A stretch of DNA of 35,076 bases from Reclinomonas americana ATCC 50394 (GCA_048213135.1 PS015606.1:2307-37382), one strand, 5' to 3'. Positions 23,093 through 35,053 are shown, numbered from the stretch's first letter. Notes: generated by a model not told the origin, from the sequence alone. Made by a program: numbers and translations.

Positions 23093-26000
23093 TCACTGAA
23101 TCTTGGGACGCAGGATGCCAGTGAATCTGCACAACACAACACACAAATGAGTCGTCGGATCGTCGATCGTCCATGTCGCCGCATGGGGTGCACGCAACTT
23201 GTCCGGCAGCATCTCAAAGTAGCGGTCCATGGCCTCGCGGAAGCGCTTCTTGTACGACCGCGGATTCATGACGGTCGGCGCACCTTTGCCACCGCCAATG
23301 ATACCACTGCTCTTCACAATGTGTTCCAGTTGCTTGTCCCACGTGTACTGGCGCAGGTAGTCTGCACGAAAAGGGCACACATTGAGCTGCGAGCGAGCGC
23401 AGCGAGTGGACGAGCAGGTGGAACATAGCGCGCACCGATAATGCCGACCACCAGCTGCTGTCGCTTCTCATCGATGCCCACCAGCAACGAGTAGTCCATG
23501 ACATTGACTTTGGAGAGGAAGAGGGTGTCGTTGAAGATGGATAGACTCATGAGCGCCTTGCTGGCCTCGTTCATGGCCAGCGGATTATCCTCGTAGATGA
23601 CTGCACGCATCGACTCACGGTGAGCAGATGGAGCGGGAGCGCGCGCACACACATGCTCACGCACACTCCAACATGTTCTCGTCGAGTTGCACGGCGTCGG
23701 ACTTGGTCTGGTAGCGATTGCGCAACGAACCCTTGAGATCGAACGTCTGCACAACAGCAAAAGCACATGAGTTCCACGCTCGTACGCATCCCAACGACAT
23801 TGTACATCACCTGTGCAATCTGCCGATCGTAGAACAAGTTCTCCATCACCACCAGATATTTTTTCACGCTCCGACCGGCTGTCGCGTACTTGACTCTGTA
23901 CAAGCCGAGGACCTTGACCAGCACGGTGGGCAACTGCGCAGCACAGCATATACGAGGTGTGAGTGCGATGTACGTGCGAGCAGACGCAGGGATACAGGCG
24001 GAACTTGGTGGAAGAACGCCTTGGTGAGGTACTCAAAGTACGACAGGCCAAAGTCGAGGAACGACACGAGCTCCACACGCGACACGGACTTGATGACGAA
24101 GCGGTCATCTGCAACCTACGCGTAAGCAAAAGAAGAAAGGAAAAAAGGAACGCAGTCACAGAGAGTGGCATTTGCCGCACCCCATGTTTTCACAAATGTT
24201 GAGCCAGACTTGCCGCCGGTCGGCAGCCATCTTGCGCATCGCAGGAGACTCTCCTCAAAGAGCACGTCACCGCGGCTACAATCCCACCATAGACGACATG
24301 AGGAACGGCGCACGACCGTAGCCAAGGGAATTCACAGCCACAGCGCAACTGAATGTACTTGCGAAGGGCGGCAAACTGCAGCGGGAAATAGACGTGCACG
24401 GAGAAAGCGTCCTTCTTGGTGACGGGGTCCACCACGGCTGTGCGGGAAGCAGCGATTTCAATGATAAGCAGACGCGGAAGGCTACCCTTATTGTCGAACT
24501 ACAGCGACACGCAACAGTGGCTAAACGGTGTCTTGTCCGGGTTCAGCAACAGACTCTCCATGGCTGTGTTAAGACGGTCACGCACACAAAAAGAAGAAAA
24601 CGGGACGAGTACAACGCAACTGACGTGATCCGCGGGGTGTGCCGCGTTCACTGGTTCCACTGTCCTCTCGTAGTCTCGAGAACTGCACGGGGGAGGCGGT
24701 GAGCTGCATGCACGGCGGTGTTTCGCAATCCATATTCTTTCACGAACGTGAGCGTGTGAGCAATAAACGACGACGGCTCCTCGTGGTGCACCGGCACCAA
24801 GCCCAACAATCCCTCCGGCAAGTCCCAGTTGAACGACAGCTCCCTGTGAGACGAAGGAAGTTTGAGCAAGGGCTGATAAAGTGCCACATAGTAGCGACGC
24901 AACTGTGGGAGCGACACACTCGGGAACTTGATCTTTTTCAGCATGTGCGACCGGCGTTTCATGTCTCGTTCGCGCTCGGCGGCCGCTGTGCGTGCGTTCG
25001 AAAGAGAGGACCCGTTGAGTGAGCAATCACAAACGCAGCCGCCGTCAAGTGAACAAGAGAATAACCAACCGAGACGTGCAGCCGCTCCACGAGCCGCACT
25101 GCCCGGCAGCGCTGTCGCTGACGGCACTGCACCAGTGGACACCGATCCACTCTGCATCACAACCACCATCCTCGTCAGCACGCCGATACACGGCAAGCAA
25201 ACACGCTCTCACATGGACGAACCATTCCAGAAACCGCAATCTCCACACCATCCAGCAGCGGCTCCGAAGCCACGTCGGGGAGCACCGGTGGCTGCGTATC
25301 AGAGCAAGCAAAAACATGTCAGCGTCCGCACGCACACACACACTCGTGCAGTGCACACAAACGCACATCCTCACGCGCGCCCTCCTGCAATCACACGAGC
25401 AATCAATGAGAATGGGACATCGCAGAACACGATTCCTTCGTCAACAAACCTCAAAGTCGGCATACGCAGAAATGGTCATGGCGGCAGCACCCTCGGATTC
25501 ATCGGCCAGTCCTTCCCGTTCACCAAACCTGTCACTCTGCAACGATGCCAAGTAGTCCTGCATGGAGATGGCCGACTCGCCACCAATCTCCAGCTTGATT
25601 TGCACGCCAGCCGACAGGGCATTCTCAATCATCGTGGGCGACGTGGACAGGATCACCGGGTCGCCGGCATTCAACGTCAGCTGAACGAACGAGTGGTTCC
25701 AGTGATGAATGTACACGCCCAAAAGTCTGCAACCACACGAGGTCAGCGGAGGCAACGATGCGCACCGCACACAAACAAACACACATAGCTCACCTCAACA
25801 GTCGACCCATCGACATGAGGTCGTTGCCTTGTGAGCGCGCTTGCCGAATGATGGCGAGCATGTCCACGGTGTGCGACGGGATGAGGAGCTTCAGCGCCTC
25901 GAGTGTGTCCTTGCAGTGCTCGTACGGCTCAGACGCACTCATACGCTCCACCATGGCGTACACGCGCGACAAGATCTTCTCGCAGAAGAAGAGAAGTGTC

Positions 26001-27870
26001 AACAAACGTAACACAGACAGGCGAGCTTCGACAAACTGCACACACACACACACACACCTGCTCGGCAATGATGAACAGCGAATTCCACTTCTCCTCACGC
26101 TTGTGATGGTGCGTTCGCATGTTGTAGTCGAGAACTGCCGGTGGCACAATGACGCGGCACAGCGACACCTCCTCGTACTCGAAACGCGCAATCTGCAAGT
26201 ACATACACCGCGAGTGAGAGGTGCGCACATGAAATTACCGTTTCTCACTTCCACAGCACGCAACAATGTTGCCCCTGGCAAAATGGCGTGTCACGTGCCG
26301 ATGCGCCACCTTGTTCTCGGCCCATGTGCGACAGTAGACGGTGGTGTTGTAGAAGAGGTTCTCCAAAAACTTGCCAAACGAATACTGCAGGCTGCGATCG
26401 GAGAGTTTGTTGACTGGCGTCACCTGACGACCCGTGTCGCGGCACGTGCCCCAAGTCACAATGTCGCGACCATCCGTCAGCTTCTTCTGCTCTCACAACA
26501 CACGAAAGTGAGTCGACATCCATCCACAACATGAGGTCGCGTGGCACGAACCGCAGAACGGCGCACTGAGATCGACACTCGACCCGATCCGTGTGCGTAC
26601 GACTTGGTGTGCTGACAAATCTCGTCGAGCGTCTCCTCGTCAAAGCACTTGTGGTTCAAGTAGGTCTCCAACGTCAAGTCGTTCTCCGAGTAATAAGCAA
26701 TCTCAATAACTTCCGGACACTCGTCCAGCTCCAGTCGATCGCGCAACTCGCTGTGGTGCACAAGAAGCAAGGGCAATGAGTATTAAGCACAACGATGCAA
26801 CACAAGCTTAAAAACACACACCTTCCGTCCGACACTGCGCGTTGTCGGTACAAGACGACCAGTTGCTGGTGATGGAACACCGATGGCATGTACACTCGGA
26901 AGCCGGCTGTTGAACGCGGATACAGATCCACATTGTCGTTCGCCGACAAGAACGGCGAGGGCAAGAAGAGACCTTTGGTGGGAATTGGAATGCGAATGTT
27001 TGGCGAAATGCTCATCAAATAGTCCGTCGGCACCTCGCCTGATGCGTGCACACGCACAGAAGCGAAATCAGCGACGCGACACGCACACGTGCTGTGATAA
27101 AGGAGGCAGACACACACTCACCCATTTCGAGTGTGACCTCGCGATCTGTAATGGCCTCAAACGACGGGATTCGCGTGTGTACCGAAGCAGCCGGACTGCG
27201 AGCCGACGACTGCGAACCCTGCCCGTCGTCGTCCTCTGCCGTGTCGCCGCCAAACGCAGTGTCATCGGCGAGCGAGTCATGTGAGCCTTGCCGCACCAAC
27301 TCCGCCGACACCTCCTCCACCGCCTGCGACACCAGCGGCACGACGACCGAGTCGCGACCATCGGCCTTCCCGTCGGCCTCCACATCGTCAAGCTAATGGC
27401 ACGATAGTCATTCCGTGTGAGTCGTAGGGGGGGAGCCGCCAATGCAAAAGTGCACACACCGCATTCGATCCGAACACGAAGAGCGGGACGGCACTGTTCT
27501 CGTAAAAGAGATACTCGGTCTCCAGCGACAGGTTGTAGGCCGCGTAAATGGCAAACTGCATGCAGTGCGGCAGTCAGTCCACATGTGCACGACGAGCAGC
27601 TTGGTGGACGAGACGCAACGCGGAGCAGACGCTTGACAGCACGCAGAGTCTCGTGGTCCGCGCCACGCAGGTTGATGGTGCACCCGAGATCAGATGGGCA
27701 GCCTGCACGCATCAATCGATCAGTGGATGCGATGGCGAGAGAACGCAAAAGGAATATGACAGCCAAGAACGCACCATCAAAGTACAGCAGCGACTTGCGG
27801 CCCCACTCGCCAGATTCGACCTTGAGACGGAATTCACTGCAGGTGCCCAGTTGCGGATTGCGCAAGGCAT

Positions 27871-27904
<34 letters not shown>

Positions 27905-30900
27905 GAGAGAGAGAGGTCAACAAAAGTGATTACACGACGAGTGTCATCGCGAGATCATACCGGCCGACGGCAGGATTTCGCCCTCCGTCAGGCGTGCCAC
28001 TCGCTCCATTGCCAAGCCCTTGGTGTTGAGGATGAGCGTGACACCCGCTTCCAGGAACAAGTCCTGCATGTCGTGATTGTCAGCAATCACTGTTGACTGG
28101 CGCGCACAGATCGCGCCACCTTCACCGCACCTGTGCAATGCGTGACACGGATTTCTCCACAATCACAATGTCGGGCTTGAAGCTCAGAATACGGTTGACG
28201 GTGCGCTTGATGTGCTCGCCCTCCTGCGCAATCACGCGTAAGAATGTGCACAAACGGCAACTCAGACAAGACAGGGTTGTTTGTGACACACACGTACCTG
28301 CTGCAGCAGAATGTCGAATGAGGAGACGCGATCCTCGGTGCGCTCGTATCTGTGTGCATGATTGTGGTGAGACAATAGGCCAACAAGATGCGTGCGGAGT
28401 GGAAACGCACTCCAGCGCCGACTCGAGGAGCAGAATGCGCGGGTTGCGAATGTGGCTCCGCATGCGCTTGTTCGCAATGGTGCGGTCAAGCACCGCACCT
28501 GACACGTACTCGCAGTCCTCGAGGCGCATGTGCGGAATGCAGTGAATCTGCATGTGCGAGCGGGCATTCATTCAGTAATCTGTAATGATGACCACACTAC
28601 CAGGAGAATGTGTGTCACATACCTTGACGTACGCAGTAATGTCCATCTTGTCGCCATCGTCAACGCGCGGAAACACGTGCTGGACGGCCTGGTACGAGAG
28701 CGCAAGGATCACATCTGCGGACGTTCCACGAGTGAGCGACAAACAAATACGAGTGCCACGCGAGAAACATAGCAATAAGCGCACCAATCCACTGCGTGTC
28801 AAGGCCCGCCTCGGCAACAATCTGTGACACCAGACGATGGAAGTGCTGTGACGAGCAGTTCTCGAGAAGTACGCGATGGCGCATGCTGTCTTCCTCCGAC
28901 TCTGTTGAAATGTAGATAATAAGCAAGGCTGGAGGAGACACACACAGAGTGCACGCGCACATAGACACACCTCGCAGCTCCGACAGGAACTGCACGGAAG
29001 TTGACTGGCCCAATACCAGCTGATGCTTTCGCGTGCCAAGGAAGCCGCGCAACCCGGCAGTTGCAGCCGTACCTGCACCATGAATGCGCGAGCAAGTTGG
29101 CGACACGAACAAGCATGAACGAAGTGAGGAATCCACGCACCAGTGGGCGACGACGCAATGAGATGTTCCACATGTCGCGAGGCCGAGGCCACAGAGGACT
29201 CCACATTCACGGTCGCCACCTGCACAACCACCACCATCAGCACAAACGGAGAGCAGGTGGCGAGAAAACAACGCAACAGCTTCGGGAACTGCCGTGAGGT
29301 CTGTTTCAGACTTGCGCTCGGTGCCCCACCTGCATCGCCACAGAAAAAGGTGAGAAACAACATTGGCAGGTGCGCGGCAGCAGGACGATCACGCAACTCA
29401 GCCGAGTTGAACTTGTCCGAGTTGCCTGACTCGACCGTGGGAAGACCGACACGCTGGGGAAGATGAGTTGAGTCACAGCATGAAACACGAGAGTGCGTCT
29501 CGCTGTTAAGCAACACACCTCTTCTTGATCGGAAGCCGGTGGAACTGTGCCGTCGGCATCTGTCGGGGACAGGAGGCGACAACCGTCAGTATCAGGTTGA
29601 GCATTACACAAGCGCGCCAACTCGGGGCACACACAACTCGGCAGCACAATGTCAGAGTCCGGAATCAATGCCAGTGTCTCGTCGCGATCCAGCGTCGTCT
29701 TGTTTCCCGACCCACCGAGGTGACTGATGATGGGCGTCGTTCCGGAGAGATTCCCGCCGTCTTCCGACCCCTGCACGTGCGTGCGCCGCAAGTGGATCTT
29801 GCGGTGGCCGCCGCTGAACTCTTCCTCCTCTGCGCAGCACTGCGAGTAAGCAAGTGGAATTCGCAGAGCCCGTGCAGCTGACTGGACAAACCTCCACCTT
29901 CATCCTGCGTCTCAAAAGAGTCAATCATGCGGCGCCTGATGACGGCGAGTGAGTGAGTGGGAGCACAGGGGGAAACGTGGCAAAGGTATGATGAATACCT
30001 GCTGGCATTGTTTGCCGGTTCCTCCGATAATCTCGCCTCCGAGTGCGCACTGCTGGTCGGTGACGTGACGGTGGTGGCGACAGGTGCGGTCGACGAGTCG
30101 TGCGACATGAGCAGCTGAAAGCAGTACGAACAGACGCGAATGTTGCCCTGGTAGCCGTACGGAATGCCACTGATAAACACATTGCTGCACTTGCCGCAAA
30201 AGATCTGACCGCACACACGGCAGTGGTGCTTGCGCTTGAACACGCTAAACTGCGCGTGACACTCGTAGCAGTTCCGCGCGCTCTCGTCCGGCATCCAATA
30301 CTCCTTCATCTTTTGCTTCGAGCCCAGCGCCTTGAGCCGCTCAATCACCTCCGACATTGGCGTTCGACTGTCGCGTTCCGTCGGCACACGCGACGGCCGC
30401 CTCGTCTGGTCCTCCACCAGCAACGAGCCCTTACTGCCACCAAAAGCACATCAGTGCGCTGTGGGAGACAGGGAGCGCGAGCATGCAAAGATTGACGCAA
30501 CGCATCCAGCGACGACAGTGTTCCACTCCGATGCCGTGTTCTCGCTGTCACGCAAACACATGCATGCCCAACGAGTAAGCACTGTTCTCGCGTCTGTCTG
30601 TCTCTCACTCTCTCTCACACACACACACCTGCATTTGGTGCATCCGGCGACGCTCCTGCCGCCGCCGCTGCCCCTCCTGGCCCGGACGCTGCGGCTGTCG
30701 GCGTCATAGTCGGCGACTGTGCCGACTGCGCAGAGAGCGGAGTCACATTGGAGGTGTGCAGCGGAGCCAGTCTCGCCATCAAAGTCGGAGTCGTGGTGGT
30801 GGTCTCTGTGTCTTCATCACCGCCTCCTCCTCCGCCTCCGCCACCACCAGAGCCGCCTCCAGCACTGCTGATGTCGTCTTTGGAGAAGAAGCTGTGTGCA

Positions 30901-31069
30901 CAATGAGTGAGCGAGTGTGTGTGCGCGAGTGTCAGAGAGAGAGAGACGGAGGATACCCTTTGAGACGAGACAGCAACCCGCCCTTCTTCTGTTGCTTCTG
31001 TTTGCGCTCCTCGCGTGCAATCAGGTCAGAGAAGTCGGTGAGACCGCCGTTATCGCCGGCGTCGGCCAT
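23093..31069 (-). CDS. FAB1: Fab1/PIKfyve phosphatidylinositol-3-phosphate 5-kinase, about 38 introns
   Basis: FYVE domain (WMPDESARNCYEC...RKHHCRVCGQIFC...RVC), CCT/Cpn60-like domain (MDITAYVK|IHCIP...KRMRSHIRNPRILLL), CCR region (SFGKFLE), EEPSSFIA, and PIPK domain (GGKSGSTF, DLKGSLRNR, NDTLFLSKVNVMDYSLLVG, DYLRQYTWDKQLE, PRSYKKRFREAMDRYF). No DEP domain was recognised. Confidence 0.95.
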
Positions 31070-31170
31070 GGAATGAGCACACACTCCGTGAGAGTGCAAC
31101 GAAAGAATTGCGTCTGTGACAATCGCATTCACGGCGAGCCCAATTGTCATACCCACACACACACACGACG
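31070..31170. promoter_or_regulatory. Putative 101-bp bidirectional promoter/5'UTR region between FAB1 and ESF1
   Basis: Head-to-head ATGs at 31069(-) and 31171(+). Inverted TGACAAT (31117-31123) / ATTGTCA (31143-31149). Confidence 0.5.
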
Positions 31171-34100
31171 ATGAGCGAGCGGCGAAAGAGCAAGGCGGCT
31201 GAGAAGGCGCCGAGCAGTGGCCAGAAGACGAAGAAGAAGTTGAGCAAGCAGCAAGCGATACAACGAGGTGAGAGAAAAGTGGTGCTTGCGCGGCCATGTG
31301 CACATTCACATCACCAACTTTTTTCGTGTGCAGATTTGGAAGCGCCGATCATTCGTGATGAGCGATTTGCGAGGATTCACACGGATCCGAGGTTTGCAGA
31401 GCGACCGGCGAGTCGAGCGCACTTGCAAAAGCTGGTGATTGATCCGCGTTTCCGGGCGGTGTTGGAGGACGAGCGCTTTGTGTCGAAGAGTTGCGTCATC
31501 ACTCTCGTGATTGGGGGGAAAGAGTGGTGGTTGTTGTTGATGATGGTGGTGTGGCTTGGTGTAGCTCGCGTGGACAAGTATGGTCGCGTGGTGGACAACG
31601 ACAAGGCGCGGAAGCGAATGGAAAAGTACTACACGATTGGCGAAGAGGAAGTGGAGAAGAAGGAGGAGGAGGAGGAGGAAGACGAGGAAGAGCAGCAGCA
31701 GCCAGAGGATGAGGACGAGGACGGGGAAGAGTTGGATGCTGATGCGCTGAAGCGGGCACGTTATGAGGGATTCGTGGGCGGCGACAGCGATGACTCGTCG
31801 TCGACGTCGGAGGCTGAGTTGTTTGCCGACGATGTCGACAGCGAAGATGAGGATGAGAGCGATTTGTGGAAGGTTCTGGAGGAGGATATCCCGCACGGTG
31901 ATGAGACCACGCGATTGGCCGTCGTCAACTGCGACTGGGATCAGATCAAGGTACTGTTGGTGTTGGGGGATGACCGCTGTCGCTCGCCTGCTGATCGAGA
32001 CTCGTGGTGGTGCGGTGGTGCGCAGGCCAGCGATCTGTTCATGGTCTTTTACAGTGTGTTGAAGGATCCTTCGTCGCTGCTGTCGGTCACAGTCTACCCT
32101 TCCGAGTTTGGTTTGCAGCGGATGGCCGAGGCGAGTAACCCCCACCTTCACCCTTACCCGGCCTGTCGCCAGTGCCTCCTGCTCACGCTGTTGTGTGCTG
32201 CTGCAACTGCAGGAGACTGTCAAGGGCCCGCTGATCAGCAGCAAGTCGAAGAAGGCACCGAGCACCGTCGTCACACAAGAGTTGCATTGCGGTCTCTGGT
32301 GGTTTTCTGAGTGTCCTCTGCTGCTCACGTCGGTGTGTGGGACAGGGCACTGAACCGAGCGGGTGCCAAGGGCAAAGAGAGCGATGACGACGATGATGCG
32401 AACGACAGCGAAGGCGAGGATCACGTGGAACGAGCACGCAGTGATGACGGAGACAGCGAAGACGATGATGATGATGACGACGAGGAGATGGAGGTGGATG
32501 AGGAGGATGATCGCAGAAAGAGAAGAGGCAGTGGCCGCGGCAACAACAGTGGTTCAGATTTCAACCCGGTGAAGCTGCGCAAGTACGAGTTGGACAAGCT
32601 GAGGTTGGTGTTGCATGGGCATTTGCCAAAGAGTGGGCTTGCTTCTCATGCACACGCCCGTGCTGTTAGGTACTATTTTGCCATTGCCGAGTTCACCACC
32701 GTCTCCGCCGCGCGACAAGTGTACTCCGAGTGTGATGGCTCGGAGCTGGAGAAGACCGGCAACATTCTTGATCTGCGCTACGTGCCAGTCGGCACCACTT
32801 TCAAGCAGCCCGCGCGGTGCGTAGGCTTGCCTGATTGATTCGTGTGTGTGATTGCACCAGCTGCTGACCCCACCCCCCGCTGTCGTTCTAGTGACACGAG
32901 CACATCGCCAGTGACAAACTACAAGCCGCTGGACTTCCACACGGCGGCGTTGCAAGACAGCACTGTTGAGCTGACGTGGGATCGCGACGACCCACTGCGC
33001 AGCACGGTGCTCAGGAAGCGGTTCACGGATGAAGACATGCGGGACATTGATTTCAATGCGTATATCGCCTCGTCGGAATCGTCGGAGGGGGATGATGAAG
33101 AGGACGGCGTGAAGGAGGATGACGACGGTGGCAATGCAGCAGTAGCAGCTTCGAAAAGCCGGGAGCGCAACGAAAAGATGTTGAAGAAAAGGAGAAAGGG
33201 CAAGGATGAGAAGGACAAGGCTGTTGCGTGTGACTGTCGAAAACCGGAGCGTGTTCGCTGCCATGCTTTGTCGACTCAATGTGTGTCGTGCAGGCAAAGA
33301 TGGAGGCGGAGCGCAAGAAGTACCAGGCGCTGCTTGCCAGACTGGCCAACGACGACGCCTACGATGCGTTTGCCGACGGCAATGAGGAGGACTTGAAGCA
33401 GATGGATGGGCAGCATGATACGGAAGATCAGCAGCACGATGAAGAGGAGGAGCCGGCGGACAAGTTTAGCGAGCGTGAGTTCAAGGTGGTGTCCGGCATG
33501 GACGATCTGGAGGAGCGGCTGCTGAAAAAGGCTCAGACCGGCACTCTTGGCAAGACGGAGGATACGCGCACGGTGTGGGAAAAGTACTTGGCTAGACGCT
33601 CTGAGAAACGCAAGGATAAGAAAGAAGAGCGACGTTCTCGAGTGGCTGTGCTGCGGGCTGGCGGGCAGGNNNNNNNNNNNNNNNNNNNNNNNNNNNNNNN
33701 NNNNNNNNNNNNNNNNNNNNNNNNNNNNNNNNNNNNNNNNNNNNNNNNNNNNNNNNNNNNNNNNNNNNNNNNNNNNNNNNNNNNNNNNNNNNNNNNNNNN
33801 NNNNNNNNNNNNNNNNNNNNNNNNNNNNNNNNNNNNNNNNNNNNNNNNNNNNNNNNNNNNNNNNNNNNNNNNNNNNNNNNNNNNNNNNNNNNNNNNNNNN
33901 NNNNNNNNNNNNNNNNNNNNNNNNNNNNNNNNNNNNNNNNNNNNNNNNNNNNNNNNNNNNNTCGACAAGGATGGCGACGATAGCGGCGGCGACAAGGGCG
34001 CTGTTGACTCGGAGGAGGAGGCGTTGCTGCGATCGGTGGCCGACGATCCCTTCTTCAAGGACGAACTCGCCGAACAGGGCTTCACCGTCGCCGCTGACGA

Positions 34101-34828
34101 CGCCAAGAAGAACAAGAAGAAGAAGGAGAAGGAGGCGGCTGACGAGAAGAAGAGCAAGACGAAGAAGGGCAGGAAGTCCCGTGCCGATGACGACGACGAC
34201 GAGGAGGAGGAGGATGTGGATGCAGCGAGGCGGCAGGCTGAGATGGAGTTGTTGCTGTTGGATGGAGACAAGGTTGGTGTGTGCGATGCGATCTGTGCCA
34301 CACGACGACGGTGCTCATGCTGCTCTGTTGCAGGAGGACCTGGACTCGGAAGAGGAACGGGATCGCGGCTTGTCAAAAGAGTCCAAGATGTCTCGCCGAC
34401 AACGAGCCAAGCTGAGTCGTGAGTTGAAGAAGCGACGGCAGGAAGAGATTGACACGGGTGTCGATGTTGCCGATCCTCGCTTCGCGGCGGTTTTCAGCGG
34501 AGCGCCAATGTTGGCGCTCGATCCGACCAACCCGAAGTTCAAGCCGACCAAGGGCACGAAGCAGATTCTGGAGGAGCAGCGGAAGAAGCGCAGCGCCTTG
34601 GCGCAGCGCACATTGTCCGCCAGCAGCAGCAGCAGCACCACCACCACCACCACCACCACGACAACAACAACAACAGCCACCGAAGCACCAAGTGACGGTA
34701 TTCGTGACGCGTCGCTCCGCGCTCTCGTATCGTCTGTCAAGCGGGCGGCCACGGCGCCATCCGCACAGGCCGGTGCCCCGCCACTAAAGCGCGCCAAGAC
34801 AGCCACCAATGGCAAGAGCAGCAAGTAA
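31171..34828 (+). CDS. ESF1: ESF1 nucleolar pre-rRNA processing protein, about 10 introns, one N-gap
   Basis: DERFARIHTDPRF, IDPRF, VDKYGR, TTRLAVVNCDWDQIK|ASDLF, VTVYPSEFGLQRMAE|ETVKGP, LRKYELDKLR|YYFAIAEF, LDLRYVP, VELTWDRDDP, and the NUC153-like VDVADPRFAAVF...LDPTNPKFKPTKG. Confidence 0.93.
33670..33961. other. Assembly gap (N)
   Basis: Run of N inside ESF1. Confidence 1.
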
Positions 34829-34954
34829 AGAATCGCTTCTGTCTTATAAATCGACCGTTTTTTTCTGCATTTGGCGGGAACGCGAAATACGAACACCAGC
34901 GAGGCTCGCCCTGACAGACACAACCAAGTAAAGAGTGAGTGTGTGTGCATCCCG

Positions 34955-35053
34955 ATGGCGGGCTCCATTTTGCGTCTGGAGCCCAGCGTGGTCGAGTTTG
35001 GCGATGTGGAACCCGGGAAGCGATACACACGCCGTGTGACAGTCACCAATGTG
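34955..35053 (+). CDS. First exon of an ASH/Ig-like domain ciliary protein (CFAP47/Hydin-like); gene continues beyond the window
   Basis: MAGSILRLEPSVVEFGDVEPGKRYTRRVTVTNV followed by a GT donor. It fits the ASH pattern P..V.FG.V..G..Y...V.V.N. Confidence 0.55.

Noticed and set aside
4459-27619. Reading the atypical donors as G|TTGCGT, i.e. non-GT introns cut one base later
   Set aside because: It would require shifting the acceptor past the AG, and it would change conserved residues (ETCRRAGI C to G at 4459; RFAIYAAY F to V at 27619). GT-AG boundaries fit better.
27873-27914. (CA)n and (GA)n tracts here and at ~9285, 9880, 19020 and 26040 as repeat arrays
   Set aside because: They are ordinary dinucleotide microsatellites in introns or spacers, with no repeat-spacer organisation. 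No CRISPR array, tRNA or rRNA was seen.
1857-33228. GTTGCG introns as copies of an intron-generating transposon (Introner)
   Set aside because: Beyond the first 6-10 nt the introns share no visible similarity, terminal inverted repeats or target-site duplications.
800-34828. Alternative genetic code, frameshifting or pseudogenes as the cause of fragmented ORFs
   Set aside because: Every break I examined in the conserved genes is resolved by a short intron with consistent phase, and TAA, TAG and TGA all act as stops.
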